A DNA stretch of 64,000 nucleotides from a virus (IMGVR_UViG_3300040810_000656:32993-96992); one strand, 5' to 3'; numbered from the stretch's first letter, positions 29,595 through 39,609 are shown. Program-made: numbers and translations. The notes: generated by a model from the sequence alone, not told the origin.

Positions 29595-30060
29595 TGTCTG
29601 CTTTCCTCAATTTAGATAGTAATGAATTTCTTGCGGGTCTATTTGTTCTTGGTCTAAACACCATATTATCAGCCTCAATAACCTTTTTGGCCTTCTTTGC
29701 TTCTTCTTCAATTATTTTCTTAGACTTTTCTAGCCCTTCCTTTACAAACTTATTAAGTATGATAAATTTCTTATTCTTATTAAGATAGCCCAAAGAGTAT
29801 GTACGCTTACCATTTGGGCTTTTTAAGTAATGAAGCAAAGCTTTTTCGCCATAGCGTTTTATGGCCGTGTTGGCGGCACGAATTTGTGTTTGATATTCAT
29901 CCTTCTGGGCCTTGTTCCAGAACTTGAAAGCAAGACTACCATTGTTCTCACGCTCTCTTCTTCTCATGCAAACCATTTCAGCCACATATTGTGCGGCAGT
30001 ACATGGCTCACCCGTTGAGTAGCTTTTGAACCGTTTCGTGTTGTCTTTTTTTTGATCCAT
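29581..30060 (-). CDS. Basic hypothetical protein
   Basis: Long ORF in operon; no recognised motif. Confidence 0.6.
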   Translation of the reverse strand: MDQKKDNTKRFKSYSTGEPCTAAQYVAEMVCMRRRERENNGSLAFKFWNKAQKDEYQTQIRAANTAIKRYGEKALLHYLKSPNGKRTYSLGYLNKNKKFIILNKFVKEGLEKSKKIIEEEAKKAKKVIEADNMVFRPRTNRPARNSLLSKLRKADNGKE

Positions 30061-30514
30061 TCTTAAATATCATATTCTCAAGATTTTCTTTTGTCAATAC
30101 CCTGGTGCTATGTCGTCGTTCAAAATCAGAAATAGGCCAAGTATATTTACCAACATCAATACACGAACAATCGTCACGTAAAAGTCCTACTGTTAAGGTT
30201 TGATAAGATTGTGAGTGGCTGCCATCCATTGCTTGGTCTTTAGCCACGCCACGCATTATAAGCAGTCCATCAAGTCCATTTGGGTCTTCAAAAAAAACCT
30301 CGCTAGGAGCACCAAACATATGTAAGCTTACCTTAACAGGCCACACATCATTTTCTTTGCAGTAATTTTTTAGTCTTAGAATAGGATTTTCAAATCCCGG
30401 TCTATCATAATCTCCATATACAGTTGTTCCATCTGTAAGAACTACTTCCCAGCTTATGTATAGCTTATTATAGCAAAGATCTTGTAGATAAGAATCAATT
30501 GTAGTGCATATCAT
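30008..30514 (-). CDS. Hypothetical protein
   Basis: ORF in operon. Confidence 0.6.
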   Translation of the reverse strand: MICTTIDSYLQDLCYNKLYISWEVVLTDGTTVYGDYDRPGFENPILRLKNYCKENDVWPVKVSLHMFGAPSEVFFEDPNGLDGLLIMRGVAKDQAMDGSHSQSYQTLTVGLLRDDCSCIDVGKYTWPISDFERRHSTRVLTKENLENMIFKNGSKKRQHETVQKLLNG

Positions 30515-30516
30515 AT

Positions 30517-30831
30517 TTAATCCCTAATTTTATGAATAGAGTTTCTATATTTACGTGTTTCGTATACATTTTTTGCTTTCGTTCTATCATCTGATGAAAT
30601 AGAAGCATTTTCTGTCATGGCAACAACACCATATTTTTTGTTACGTGCATACAAATTCATGGTGCTGGTTTCTTCCTGACTTTTTTCTGGCGTAGCTAAG
30701 GTTGTGCGATACTGACCTATAGAACTCTCAGAGCGATCTAACTTATCAGATAGCTCCGCATTAGATAAATTAAGATTATCTTCAATGAATTCTTTGTCCT
30801 TGTTTGATAGCGGTCCCTTTCTCATTAGCAA
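30517..30831 (-). CDS. Putative HTH DNA-binding protein
   Basis: KEFIEDNLNLSNAELSDKLDRSESSI. Confidence 0.55.
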   Translation of the reverse strand: MLMRKGPLSNKDKEFIEDNLNLSNAELSDKLDRSESSIGQYRTTLATPEKSQEETSTMNLYARNKKYGVVAMTENASISSDDRTKAKNVYETRKYRNSIHKIRD

Positions 30832-30837
30832 TCTCCT

Positions 30838-31170
30838 TTACATTAAGTTACGTCTAGCTCTTGTAAAATAAAGAGTATTTTTTGTTTCTAGAAATTTTTT
30901 GTAATTTTTAAAAGTGTCTGAAGTTACCTTTTTAAAAGTTGCAAGTCTTTTGGCAAGCGATGTAGTCATAGAAACATTATGGGGGTCTGCTAATTCCCCA
31001 CGACTATATTTTATAAAGTATACAGGCGAGCCATCTACGGTAGAACAGAAAGCAAACGCTTGATCTTTAGCAAAGACCTGTTGACCATTTTTACCAAAAT
31101 ACTCAGTAACAACCGTTAGTGGTGCTGGAACTCCAATTTCTTCTAGTTCTGATTCCTCAATCTTTTTCAT
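30838..31170 (-). CDS. Hypothetical protein
   Basis: ORF in operon. Confidence 0.6.
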   Translation of the reverse strand: MKKIEESELEEIGVPAPLTVVTEYFGKNGQQVFAKDQAFAFCSTVDGSPVYFIKYSRGELADPHNVSMTTSLAKRLATFKKVTSDTFKNYKKFLETKNTLYFTRARRNLM

Positions 31171-31405
31171 CTTCTAACCTCTTGAGTTTTTTCTTTAGGA
31201 TTTTTATAGCTTCTGCTTCATTAGCAGCAGAAAAACATAATTGTGCTTTATTACTAATGCCGTACTCGCCTAATATCTTATTGCCAATAACCTGATGATC
31301 CAAAGTTCCATCTTTATGTATTTTTCTTACATCAATTTTAAATGTTATTACAACATGATGTGGACACGATTTACGGTCTAATTGCTCTTGTTTTTTGATT
31401 AACAT
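31157..31405 (-). CDS. Hypothetical protein
   Basis: ORF in operon. Confidence 0.55.
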   Translation of the reverse strand: MLIKKQEQLDRKSCPHHVVITFKIDVRKIHKDGTLDHQVIGNKILGEYGISNKAQLCFSAANEAEAIKILKKKLKRLEDEKD

Positions 31406-31746
31406 TAGTCACCGTTTTTAATCCAATTAAGCTGCTGTTTTGGAGTCATATTGTTAATCTTTCTATGTCTCTCGCGTGTTTCTTTATGTTTAACATGATC
31501 TTCTACCATTGCTTTTCTATCACGATCTTGTTTTTCGTAGGTTCCCATTTTTTGAGTATTACGATCAGCCAAGTGACCAATAGTTGATGGTTCACCGCGA
31601 ATAGCTATTGCGGGAGGAGTAAGAAATACTTTTACTAGAGTTTTTTTTCCGCACTCTGGACATTTTAAAGTAGAAGGGGCATCATGTGCTTGAAAAATTT
31701 CAGCATAATATGCACATGGTTCACATTCAAAATCATACGTTGGCAT
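31405..31746 (-). CDS. FmdB-family zinc-ribbon putative regulator
   Basis: MPTYDFECEPC...CPECG; AAGGAG RBS. Confidence 0.8.
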   Translation of the reverse strand: MPTYDFECEPCAYYAEIFQAHDAPSTLKCPECGKKTLVKVFLTPPAIAIRGEPSTIGHLADRNTQKMGTYEKQDRDRKAMVEDHVKHKETRERHRKINNMTPKQQLNWIKNGD

Positions 31747-31766
31747 TTTATTCTCCTTCAAAGATA

Positions 31767-31796
31767 TAGCAGGGGCCACAACTATGGCCCCGGCTA
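31767..31796 (-). promoter_or_regulatory. GC-rich hairpin just upstream of the FmdB-gene RBS
   Basis: TAGCCGGGGCCA-tagttg-TGGCCCCTGCTA on the minus strand; poor U-tract. Confidence 0.5.
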
Positions 31797-31825
31797 CATT
31801 ATTATCAATCGAAACAAGAAAATTT

Positions 31826-32497
31826 TCACAAAGCAGCTAAAATGTCAGCAATAATTTTATTCCTAACAATATCTGCACCAAACAATTTGCAGACAGCAAC
31901 ACCATCTATTTTTTCTAATCTGGTCATGCAGTCATCAAGCCCTCCTTCAGCATGATCATTTAAATCTGTCTGGGAAATATCTCCATTAATAACAGCTTTA
32001 GAACCCATGCCAATTCTAGTTAAGAACATTTTAATTTGCTCAAAGGTTGCGTTTTGAGCTTCATCTAAAATCATAAATGAATTATGAAAATTTCTTCCAC
32101 GCATATACTCTAGTGGACACATTTCAATAATATTCTGACTCTTAGAGAGATTGAATGTATCTGCCCCAAGATAAAGTTTCATTTCTTCTATAATTGGAAT
32201 TAGATATGGTAGAATTTTTTCAGTCAATGTGCCAGGAAGATAACCAAGACCACGACCAGATTCTACTACTGGCCTAGTGATAATTATTTTTTCAACTTTA
32301 GCTTCTAGTAATGATTGACACGCTAAACCAACAGCTAGTGCTGTTTTACCTGATCCAGCGGGTCCGCTACAAAAAGTAACGTCATTATCAATCATAGATT
32401 TAATATATAGTGCTTGATTTTTTGATTTTGGCTTTAGTACCTTTCTTGCTGGAGGTTGAGTTTTATTATTTGACACTCTCTCTCTTTTTTTGCTCAT
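31826..32497 (-). CDS. phoH: PhoH-like ATPase
   Basis: GPAGSGKT; TRPVVE; LGYLPG; YMRGR; ILDEAQN; GDISQTD; DIVRN. Confidence 0.96.
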   Translation of the reverse strand: MSKKRERVSNNKTQPPARKVLKPKSKNQALYIKSMIDNDVTFCSGPAGSGKTALAVGLACQSLLEAKVEKIIITRPVVESGRGLGYLPGTLTEKILPYLIPIIEEMKLYLGADTFNLSKSQNIIEMCPLEYMRGRNFHNSFMILDEAQNATFEQIKMFLTRIGMGSKAVINGDISQTDLNDHAEGGLDDCMTRLEKIDGVAVCKLFGADIVRNKIIADILAAL

Positions 32498-32498
32498 G

Positions 32499-33611
32499 TT
32501 AATAAGGTCCAGTGTTGTTAATGGAGTAAATTGTACTATTTTTTGCTACTATAAAATCGCTATACTCATTTGTATATGTTAAGCTAATTTCCACATTCCC
32601 TCCCCCAGTATCTCCTCCGCTTTTTGAAATACTTGTTAAATAGTTTTTTGTACCTAAGTCCCAAATAAAATAGTCTGACCCTGTATTTCCTGTAACTTTG
32701 ATTGTTTTGTTAGGATTAAATTCCCTGTCAGAATTTCCTAGAGATTGATTCGGATATATGCTTCTTGCTATGCCATTGAATGTAGCAGTTACGCTAACTG
32801 GAACCACTAGAAAGTCCCATAAGTTTATATCTGTTATGCTATCATAACCCCTCCAAATCCCTACATCGTTTAAGTTTGTATATTCTAAATCTAAAGACAG
32901 ATTAATTGACTGTATGCCGTATACGGTAGAGTCATTTACTGTTAATGACGCATCGGTATTAAAAATAGCTTCTGCTTCTTGCGGCAAAGTAAAACCTATG
33001 TCTGTGCGTTTTAAAATATTTCCAGACTCAGTACTGCCATTTGCTGGCACTGTTGGTAGGCTAGCAACACTTACTGTACCGTATTCTAGCTTTTTGCATG
33101 TTAGGGTTATGCTTTCTGTAATTATGCTTGCAACATTTATATCATACGATAACGAGTTAAGCAGGCATCCTCTATAGCACACATATTTAATATTAGCAGT
33201 ATCTCCAATATTAGCAGCGGTATCATCGCCATATAGGATAAAAATGTCATAATTTTTTAAACATTTTGTGTCTGGATTGTATTCCCCCTGCGACCCGATG
33301 TTATCAGAGTGCAAGATATGAGTATTGGGATAGCTGCTACTATAATTTGCTGTTGTATAAAAGGTGGAACTTGTTTTATTTAAGACTCGTGATATATTAA
33401 TATTGAAAACCTTTTGGCGATCTTCATATCTGAATTTTTGTTGAAATCTGCCAGAATCAGCAAGAGAATTAGACGGAATGTCTCCATCTATGCCAACAGC
33501 TTGAACACCAGTAAGATAAGTGGCATCTGAAATACTATCTGTGGCTGGCTTAGTATTGCGTTCGATAAATAAAACTGCCTGACAAGCCCAGAATACTCTA
33601 TTATTTACCAT
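32499..33611 (-). CDS. Probable virion structural protein with internally duplicated tail-tube-like fold
   Basis: S/T/N/G-rich beta protein; similar halves (GVQAVGID..D.G vs GIQSINLS..DVG; LLNSLSY..ESITL vs YLTSISK..EISLTY); candidate late promoter upstream. Confidence 0.5.
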   Translation of the reverse strand: MVNNRVFWACQAVLFIERNTKPATDSISDATYLTGVQAVGIDGDIPSNSLADSGRFQQKFRYEDRQKVFNINISRVLNKTSSTFYTTANYSSSYPNTHILHSDNIGSQGEYNPDTKCLKNYDIFILYGDDTAANIGDTANIKYVCYRGCLLNSLSYDINVASIITESITLTCKKLEYGTVSVASLPTVPANGSTESGNILKRTDIGFTLPQEAEAIFNTDASLTVNDSTVYGIQSINLSLDLEYTNLNDVGIWRGYDSITDINLWDFLVVPVSVTATFNGIARSIYPNQSLGNSDREFNPNKTIKVTGNTGSDYFIWDLGTKNYLTSISKSGGDTGGGNVEISLTYTNEYSDFIVAKNSTIYSINNTGPY

Positions 33612-33642
33612 GTGTTAACCTTTTAGGAGCATCAAATAACAA

Positions 33643-33655
33643 TACTATATACACA
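33643..33655 (-). promoter_or_regulatory. Candidate late promoter TGTGTATATAGTA
   Basis: One of four intergenic copies of TGTGTAWATWNTA. Confidence 0.55.
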
Positions 33656-33658
33656 TTG

Positions 33659-34129
33659 TTACTTTCCACTACTACCAAATCCACCAGTTCCTCTGTCGCT
33701 TTCATTTAGTTCTGAAACAATTTTAATGTCTGGAGAAGAAACTTTTTGGATTAATAGCTGTGCTATCCTGTCTCCAGATTTAATATGATAGTGTTCATCA
33801 ACATGGTTTTGTAAAATGACACAAACCTCTCCACGATAACCACTGTCAATAACGCCAGCTAAAACATCAAGACCAGCCTTGAGTGCCAACCCAGAGCGAG
33901 GCCAAATAAGACCAACATGATTAAACGGAATCGCAATTGCGATTCCTGTTTTAACCATAGCTCTATTTCTGGATGGAATTATAGTATCTTCTAAGGCATA
34001 GAGATCATAACCAGCATCACTTTCATTAGCTCTGCTTGGCACAACTGCGTTTTCTGATAATTTAAGTACTTTCAATTCAATATTTCCACAACAGTCAGGA
34101 ATTTTTATAGGCGAATAAATATTTGTCAT
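33659..34129 (-). CDS. dut: Trimeric dUTPase
   Basis: AGYDL; PRSGLA; GVIDSGYRGE; GDRIAQL; RGTGGFGSSG. Confidence 0.97.
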   Translation of the reverse strand: MTNIYSPIKIPDCCGNIELKVLKLSENAVVPSRANESDAGYDLYALEDTIIPSRNRAMVKTGIAIAIPFNHVGLIWPRSGLALKAGLDVLAGVIDSGYRGEVCVILQNHVDEHYHIKSGDRIAQLLIQKVSSPDIKIVSELNESDRGTGGFGSSGK

Positions 34130-34141
34130 TATATCTCCTTG

Positions 34142-36340
34142 TCAAATAATGTCACATTTACCGCCAGCACAAGCTATTTCCTGTACTGGATTCACATTGT
34201 TCTGTTCTTCAATAACATTAGTATAATCAACCTCTTTATATTCTCTAGTCATATCAAGCCAATCTTTCCAGTTGTATGCATCTTTCATGGCGTATGTTAA
34301 CATCTTCAAGTCGCCATTCATGTATCTGTCGGCAAAACGCTGGCATCGCTCTTGATAAGCTTTCTTTTCTGTTCCCTTTATTTTTTGACCAAACCCAAGA
34401 AGACTATCACATGCCGCCCATAAATTATCTTCAAACAACTGTAAACCAACTTCAATTAGGCCGCTTACAAACATAGCCGCATCACCATAGTGCTGAATCT
34501 GCTCGCTTGGCAGATAGACAGTGGTAAATGGTGCTTGTGCATAATCTTTATCTCCAGCAATAGGCAAAAGTGACACTCCACAGAAATATTTACGGTTATC
34601 ATAAATAAAGTCTGTAACAGAATCCCATTCATCTGGTTTTACATTGATAGTATTAGAAACATTATGGACTAACCACTTCTGAGTGCAAAGCTCTGGATTA
34701 GTGCCGTTCATAACCCAGTTTTGCTGTGTGCTTTTAACATATTCTAGTAAGTCAATAGCACCTACTTGATTCTTTAGCTTTGAGCCATCTGGCACTTCTA
34801 CGCAAAATGCCACAACATCATCTGAATCATTATTCGACCATACGCTTTCTGCACATGCTCTTGGGTTTTCTTCTTTAAAATATTGATAGATTGGTTCCAT
34901 CTTGTTGGCCTGCACACGGCGAATGTATCGCTTGGCGTGATGAGGATGAATACCAGAAGATGTCCCAAGAATACAGCTAGAGGTTCCTTCCGGCTTAACA
35001 CATGTTGTACGTGCGGCCTGATTGATACCTAGCAGCTTTGCTATCTTTGCGTTAACTTCTTTAACAATAGCCGCACCCTTTTGTTGTACTTTTGGATTTA
35101 AGCATATCTCATGCTGCTCCATGATTCCTGTCATTGAAACACCAAGAAGTGCTTCTCTAGAAATAATACGCTCAGATGCTTCACCGAGATATGGAAACTT
35201 AGCAAAACCGGCTTGTAGTGTGCCAATAATGGCAGCAGATTCACAAGCCTCATAAAAATCTTGCTCTGTTTTTACTTTTGCACAATTAATAGTTGATAGA
35301 TTGCAAGCTTGCCATCCAGTTTCGCCAGTTGTTTCATCAACAGGCCACATTCCAATCTCAACACATGGGTTGACAATTAGTTCTGTAGAATCTGACCATA
35401 CAAATCCAGGCTCACCAAACTCCTTAACAGAAGTCATTAGTTCTGCAAACTGTTCTTTTGTTGTTTCTCCACGAATAAGAAGTGCGGAATTATTTGATCG
35501 TCCACGCTGTGGATTGTTGATAAACCAACTACCAGTTTTAGCTTTAGCCATTTCTTCATCATCTGGTGAGAACACACAGATCGTAGCACTACGACGAACG
35601 CCACCGCTGATAACAGCGTCGGCACTATACATTACAATGTCATATGCTTCAATTGGAGTAATCTTATTGCGGCCAGATTTAACAGCGTTATCAAGCACCT
35701 TCCTAATGTTATTAAGGGCTTTCTTTAGAGGTTCTGGGCCTGGAGCTTTGCCTCCGCTGGACTTTAAATAAGCACCAGCAGGACGAATCTTTGAGTAATC
35801 AAAGCTTACAGTTTTTCCATTATATTCTGAGAATAAATCGCATTCTTCAAAATAGCTTGAAACTAGAACACCAACAGCGTCTGACCAACCTTCTATGGAG
35901 TCATCAATTACAAACTTTTTTGATCCATTCTTACTTTTAATTAACGGCGGCATTTTATCTACATGATGCCGCTGGACCGAAAAGCCAGTTCCACATCCAC
36001 ATAGCAATAGATACATACATTCTTGAAAAAATCTTAGTCTATCAACATAAGAAGCTATGCAGTTATAGATACGAGCATTATGCTTGAAGATAGGAGAGCC
36101 ACCAAACTGTAAAGCTCTCTGCGAACCAAGAATTTTTTTCTTCTTCATATCGTCGTAGGCTTTAGATATAGCCTCGGAAATTTCAACATGATTAGAGTCT
36201 TCCGGCTTAACGTAAGCGTCAGTCATCATTTGTTTTACGCGATCAACAGCTTCCTGCCATGTTTCTCTTCTTTTTTTTTCTGGAATCCATCGGGCATACT
36301 TAGATACAAAAGTGTAATTCATCAAAGATTTTATTGACAT
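34142..36340 (-). CDS. nrdJ: Class II adenosylcobalamin-dependent ribonucleoside-triphosphate reductase (monomeric type)
   Basis: GGVRRSA; NPCVEI; CNL; TCVKPEGT; C-terminal CAGGKC redox pair; no NrdB gene adjacent. Confidence 0.9.
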   Translation of the reverse strand: MSIKSLMNYTFVSKYARWIPEKKRRETWQEAVDRVKQMMTDAYVKPEDSNHVEISEAISKAYDDMKKKKILGSQRALQFGGSPIFKHNARIYNCIASYVDRLRFFQECMYLLLCGCGTGFSVQRHHVDKMPPLIKSKNGSKKFVIDDSIEGWSDAVGVLVSSYFEECDLFSEYNGKTVSFDYSKIRPAGAYLKSSGGKAPGPEPLKKALNNIRKVLDNAVKSGRNKITPIEAYDIVMYSADAVISGGVRRSATICVFSPDDEEMAKAKTGSWFINNPQRGRSNNSALLIRGETTKEQFAELMTSVKEFGEPGFVWSDSTELIVNPCVEIGMWPVDETTGETGWQACNLSTINCAKVKTEQDFYEACESAAIIGTLQAGFAKFPYLGEASERIISREALLGVSMTGIMEQHEICLNPKVQQKGAAIVKEVNAKIAKLLGINQAARTTCVKPEGTSSCILGTSSGIHPHHAKRYIRRVQANKMEPIYQYFKEENPRACAESVWSNNDSDDVVAFCVEVPDGSKLKNQVGAIDLLEYVKSTQQNWVMNGTNPELCTQKWLVHNVSNTINVKPDEWDSVTDFIYDNRKYFCGVSLLPIAGDKDYAQAPFTTVYLPSEQIQHYGDAAMFVSGLIEVGLQLFEDNLWAACDSLLGFGQKIKGTEKKAYQERCQRFADRYMNGDLKMLTYAMKDAYNWKDWLDMTREYKEVDYTNVIEEQNNVNPVQEIACAGGKCDII

Positions 36341-36342
36341 GC

Positions 36343-36525
36343 TTAACCGTCTCCTTCTTTATTCTTTTTTATTCTGACTCTTATGTTCTTTAGCGATATG
36401 TTAATTTCGATATCTTCCTCAGATTCGTTGACTTCTATATTATCAACAACAGACTTGATTTTGTCAACCATTTTTTGGTCTATTCCATATCCTTCTAATA
36501 CTTTAGTAACAATTCTCTCTATCAT
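36343..36525 (-). CDS. Hypothetical protein
   Basis: Small ORF in operon. Confidence 0.55.
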   Translation of the reverse strand: MIERIVTKVLEGYGIDQKMVDKIKSVVDNIEVNESEEDIEINISLKNIRVRIKKNKEGDG

Positions 36526-36528
36526 TTT

Positions 36529-36864
36529 CTACTCTGTTCTTCTTTCTTCAACCATCCTGAGAAGATAATCAAATTTCTCTGTTATTAAGGTATTTATTGA
36601 TAGCTTACAGTCTGTAACGTTGTGCTCAATTGAATCAATTTTTGCTTCTAGTTTGCCTTCTAAGGCTGTTACTTTGTTTTCAATTGAAAGCATTCGTCTA
36701 TCTAGAGAATCGTTCACTTTTGACTCCAATACTACTATTTGTTTAGAATGATTTAAAATAGCTACGAGGGTCCAGCCAACGAAAGGGATAAAGAATAATC
36801 CCAAGGCTTCTAATGTGTGGTGAATCATTTCCCATGTAGATGATTCTTCTGCTAATATATACAT
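36529..36864 (-). CDS. Single-TM membrane protein with coiled coil
   Basis: ALGLFFIPFVGWTLVAIL followed by a heptad region. Confidence 0.6.
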   Translation of the reverse strand: MYILAEESSTWEMIHHTLEALGLFFIPFVGWTLVAILNHSKQIVVLESKVNDSLDRRMLSIENKVTALEGKLEAKIDSIEHNVTDCKLSINTLITEKFDYLLRMVEERRTE

Positions 36865-36893
36865 TATATTTCTCTCTGGTTTTTAAGTTGATT

Positions 36894-36925
36894 AAAAAGA
36901 TGGGGAGACTTCTTGCCTCCCCATC
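36894..36925 (-). terminator. Intrinsic terminator
   Basis: GATGGGGAG-loop-CTCCCCATC followed by TTTTT on the minus strand. Confidence 0.85.
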
Positions 36926-36960
36926 AATCATGCACTATCAGCTCCTTTGTTTATTTTACT

Positions 36961-37641
36961 TTAGCCTGTTATTGGCTTGTAATCAAAGAAATCTCCACCC
37001 GTTGCTACCGAAGTGTCTACAAAATCAACTTTCATTACTAGTTCACCAGGAATAGTTCTGGTTGGATTAGCGGCTGAGTCTGTACGATAACCACTTCCAC
37101 CACCAACTGGATTTACCATGTTTGTAGTTGAAAGTGTTGGTAGTGAAGCTGCGACTACATTACCACCACCAGAAGTGATAGCGGCAGTCCAGTTGTAACG
37201 AGTACCAAGCTTGCTACCATCAGCCTTAATGCCGAGCCATGAGAAACGATTACCTCTCCAGAGAGTAAGAAGTTTCGCCCCGTAGTCATGCTCAAACTGA
37301 GCAATTGGACGACGCTGAGTATCTGATCCTGGGATAAGAACTGCTGTTGAAGCAACGCCAGCAATGCTGTTGCTTACTGTGCGAATTACATACTGACCCG
37401 CAGCTTCATAAGCAAAAGCTCCACCTGATACAATCTTTTGATTTGCAACAATGCCATTGGCGATAGCCTTTGGTCCTGTTGATAGAGGCTCACCAACAGC
37501 GGTATCAATAAGAGGAAAAGCCTTCGTGATGACTCCAGATGTTGTTGATGTGTTACCGAGGACTGTTCCGCCCTGTGTTTGTCCACCATAGCTGCCACCT
37601 ACTGCATTTACTAGGTGTGAATTTGAACTTGGAACTGCCAT
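36961..37641 (-). CDS. Probable abundant virion structural/decoration protein
   Basis: G/A/T/S-rich; AAGGAG RBS; own candidate late promoter and terminator; start moved to MAVPSS. Confidence 0.55.
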   Translation of the reverse strand: MAVPSSNSHLVNAVGGSYGGQTQGGTVLGNTSTTSGVITKAFPLIDTAVGEPLSTGPKAIANGIVANQKIVSGGAFAYEAAGQYVIRTVSNSIAGVASTAVLIPGSDTQRRPIAQFEHDYGAKLLTLWRGNRFSWLGIKADGSKLGTRYNWTAAITSGGGNVVAASLPTLSTTNMVNPVGGGSGYRTDSAANPTRTIPGELVMKVDFVDTSVATGGDFFDYKPITG

Positions 37642-37718
37642 TATAAAAATCTCCTTAATAATAAAATTAAATGTTAAATTTTGTTTCCTTTTTATCCTTT
37701 TACAGTCCAGGTCCATAG

Positions 37719-37731
37719 TAATATTTACACA
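37719..37731 (-). promoter_or_regulatory. Candidate late promoter TGTGTAAATATTA
   Basis: Copy of the TGTGTAWATWNTA motif. Confidence 0.55.
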
Positions 37732-37756
37732 GAAGATGCGTTTCTAAGATATAAAA

Positions 37757-37797
37757 TATTGGGTAGCGGAATTGATATTCATAAACGCTACCCATAT
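37757..37797 (-). terminator. Hairpin/terminator after the sigma factor gene
   Basis: GGGTAGCG...CGCTACCC inverted repeat with long loop. Confidence 0.55.
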
Positions 37798-37799
37798 TC

Positions 37800-38264
37800 T
37801 TAGTTAAAATTTTTACATACCTTGAAGGCTTTCTTTATTCTTCTCCTTGCGGTTTCTCTAGAATATCCATTAGCGTTACCTATTTCCTGAATCGTCATGT
37901 TGTCAATAAATCTTTGACGAAGCACAGTTCCTAGATCGTCTGGCATAGAGTTGATAATGTCCATTGCTTCCATTTTAACTGTTTCTGAAAAGCACTTTTC
38001 TATGTTGTCAGTTGCAAAAGATTTGTTTTTTGAATCACGTTTCAGTTGATTCTTAAAAGCAAAATTTAGTTGCTGATAAAGATAAGATGTAAACTTTGCA
38101 TTTCTACTTGTGTCAAATTTATCAATGCATCTCCAGAGAGTTTCATAAGAAACTGAAGAAAGATCGTCTACATCAATAGAGTTCTTATATCTTCCTTCAA
38201 CTGTTCTCATTATTGAAATTATGCTGTTGTCGGCCAAACATTCTTCTATGCTTTTATTATACAT
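37800..38264 (-). CDS. Phage sigma-70-family RNA polymerase sigma factor (regions 2 and 4)
   Basis: DDLSSVSYETLWRCIDKFDTSRNAKFTSYL; MTIQEIGNANGYSRETARRRIKKA. Confidence 0.88.
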   Translation of the reverse strand: MYNKSIEECLADNSIISIMRTVEGRYKNSIDVDDLSSVSYETLWRCIDKFDTSRNAKFTSYLYQQLNFAFKNQLKRDSKNKSFATDNIEKCFSETVKMEAMDIINSMPDDLGTVLRQRFIDNMTIQEIGNANGYSRETARRRIKKAFKVCKNFN

Positions 38265-38290
38265 GTCAATATCCTTTTCAAAAAAATAAG

Positions 38291-38944
38291 TTAATTATCA
38301 ATACTGTCTTCAACCTCATTGTTATCATCTGAGTGCAGAACGATTCCACCTAATTTATCTTTTAAAGCTATTAGCTTATTAACGTTTTCAAGATAGGTTT
38401 TATTTATCTCGTTTGACGTAACATACTCAATAGATCCGTCTGCTGTTACCATTATAGTCCAGAATTTTTCATTGTCAAGCTGTTCTCTAACTTTGGAAAC
38501 GGCTTCATATACATCGTCGTCTTCAAATATTTCATCTTTACTATATGAACATAGAACATTTTCAATACTATGTCTAACTTTTTTTATGGAAAACATCCTA
38601 CCGACGCCAATAAAAAATGTATATCTGCCAATAATTTTTAGAGCTTCGACACCTTCAATGGATTCTATAGTTTTTTGTATATTTTTTGTTATGTCAAAAT
38701 TAGTGTAGCCAATCCAGCAATCCCATCTTTCGCTTGGTTGCAACAACGACTGTTCATTATAAGCCCCAAGTGGAGTTTCTATCATTCTAGCCAGCCCACT
38801 GAGTGCCATAAATGGGTGCATTGCCCCATCTGCCTCCGTTTCTTCTTCGTCGTCTTCTATTAATTCAAAATCACCATCGTTAGCGTATCTTTCTTCTTCT
38901 AGTGCGTTCCAGCTTTCCCAGGCGATTTTGCGTGATTTAAACAT
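38291..38944 (-). CDS. Acidic hypothetical protein
   Basis: ORF; start moved to MFKSRK after AAGGAG. Confidence 0.6.
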   Translation of the reverse strand: MFKSRKIAWESWNALEEERYANDGDFELIEDDEEETEADGAMHPFMALSGLARMIETPLGAYNEQSLLQPSERWDCWIGYTNFDITKNIQKTIESIEGVEALKIIGRYTFFIGVGRMFSIKKVRHSIENVLCSYSKDEIFEDDDVYEAVSKVREQLDNEKFWTIMVTADGSIEYVTSNEINKTYLENVNKLIALKDKLGGIVLHSDDNNEVEDSIDN

Positions 38945-39278
38945 TTCTATCTCCTTGAGCAGTTGGCTTAAAAACGATTTCTTCATCGTTTAAATTATCT
39001 AGCACTTTTGAGTGTATGTTTTTCAGTATAGAATTAAAATTTGTCATCCTATCTTCAAGTACACACTGCTTATAAAGAACAGCTAGAATTCTCTCAATTA
39101 AATCTTCGTGTTTAAGTTGATAGAATATTTCTGCTATGTTTTCTATGCCTTTATCATTGTCTTCCCAATCAGCGGCAAAAGCTATTGTTTCTGCTTTTTC
39201 ATCCCAATAAATATATAACTGAGACTTAATTTGACCAAAAGCTTGTTGATCTGATTCGCTCTGATAAGATTTGCTCAT
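38937..39278 (-). CDS. Hypothetical protein
   Basis: ORF in operon. Confidence 0.55.
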   Translation of the reverse strand: MSKSYQSESDQQAFGQIKSQLYIYWDEKAETIAFAADWEDNDKGIENIAEIFYQLKHEDLIERILAVLYKQCVLEDRMTNFNSILKNIHSKVLDNLNDEEIVFKPTAQGDRNV

Positions 39279-39609
39279 AGTATTTATCCAACTTTATATC
39301 TGAGTTTTGGGATACAAATTTTCCATTTTTTTCTACACCCATTATATCAAATAGCTTGCAAGAGTATATAGCTTCACACTCTGTCGGTCCAGATTTTCTA
39401 AAATCTATTAATTTAATTGTAGCCCAATCAAAATAAATAGTCAAATGTTTCTCAAATAACTCTTTTAATGTTTCTTTTTCGTCTTTAGTCGATATGTAAA
39501 TAGAAGGAATTTTATTTTTATTGTCAACTAAGAACTTAAAAAAGTGATCACTATCTATTGGTGCGTCTTTGCGAAACATTGAAACTAGTAAAGATATTTT
39601 AGTTCTCAT
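39226..39609 (-). CDS. Hypothetical protein
   Basis: ORF in operon; weak degenerate Nudix-like topology. Confidence 0.5.
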   Translation of the reverse strand: MRTKISLLVSMFRKDAPIDSDHFFKFLVDNKNKIPSIYISTKDEKETLKELFEKHLTIYFDWATIKLIDFRKSGPTECEAIYSCKLFDIMGVEKNGKFVSQNSDIKLDKYYEQILSERIRSTSFWSN

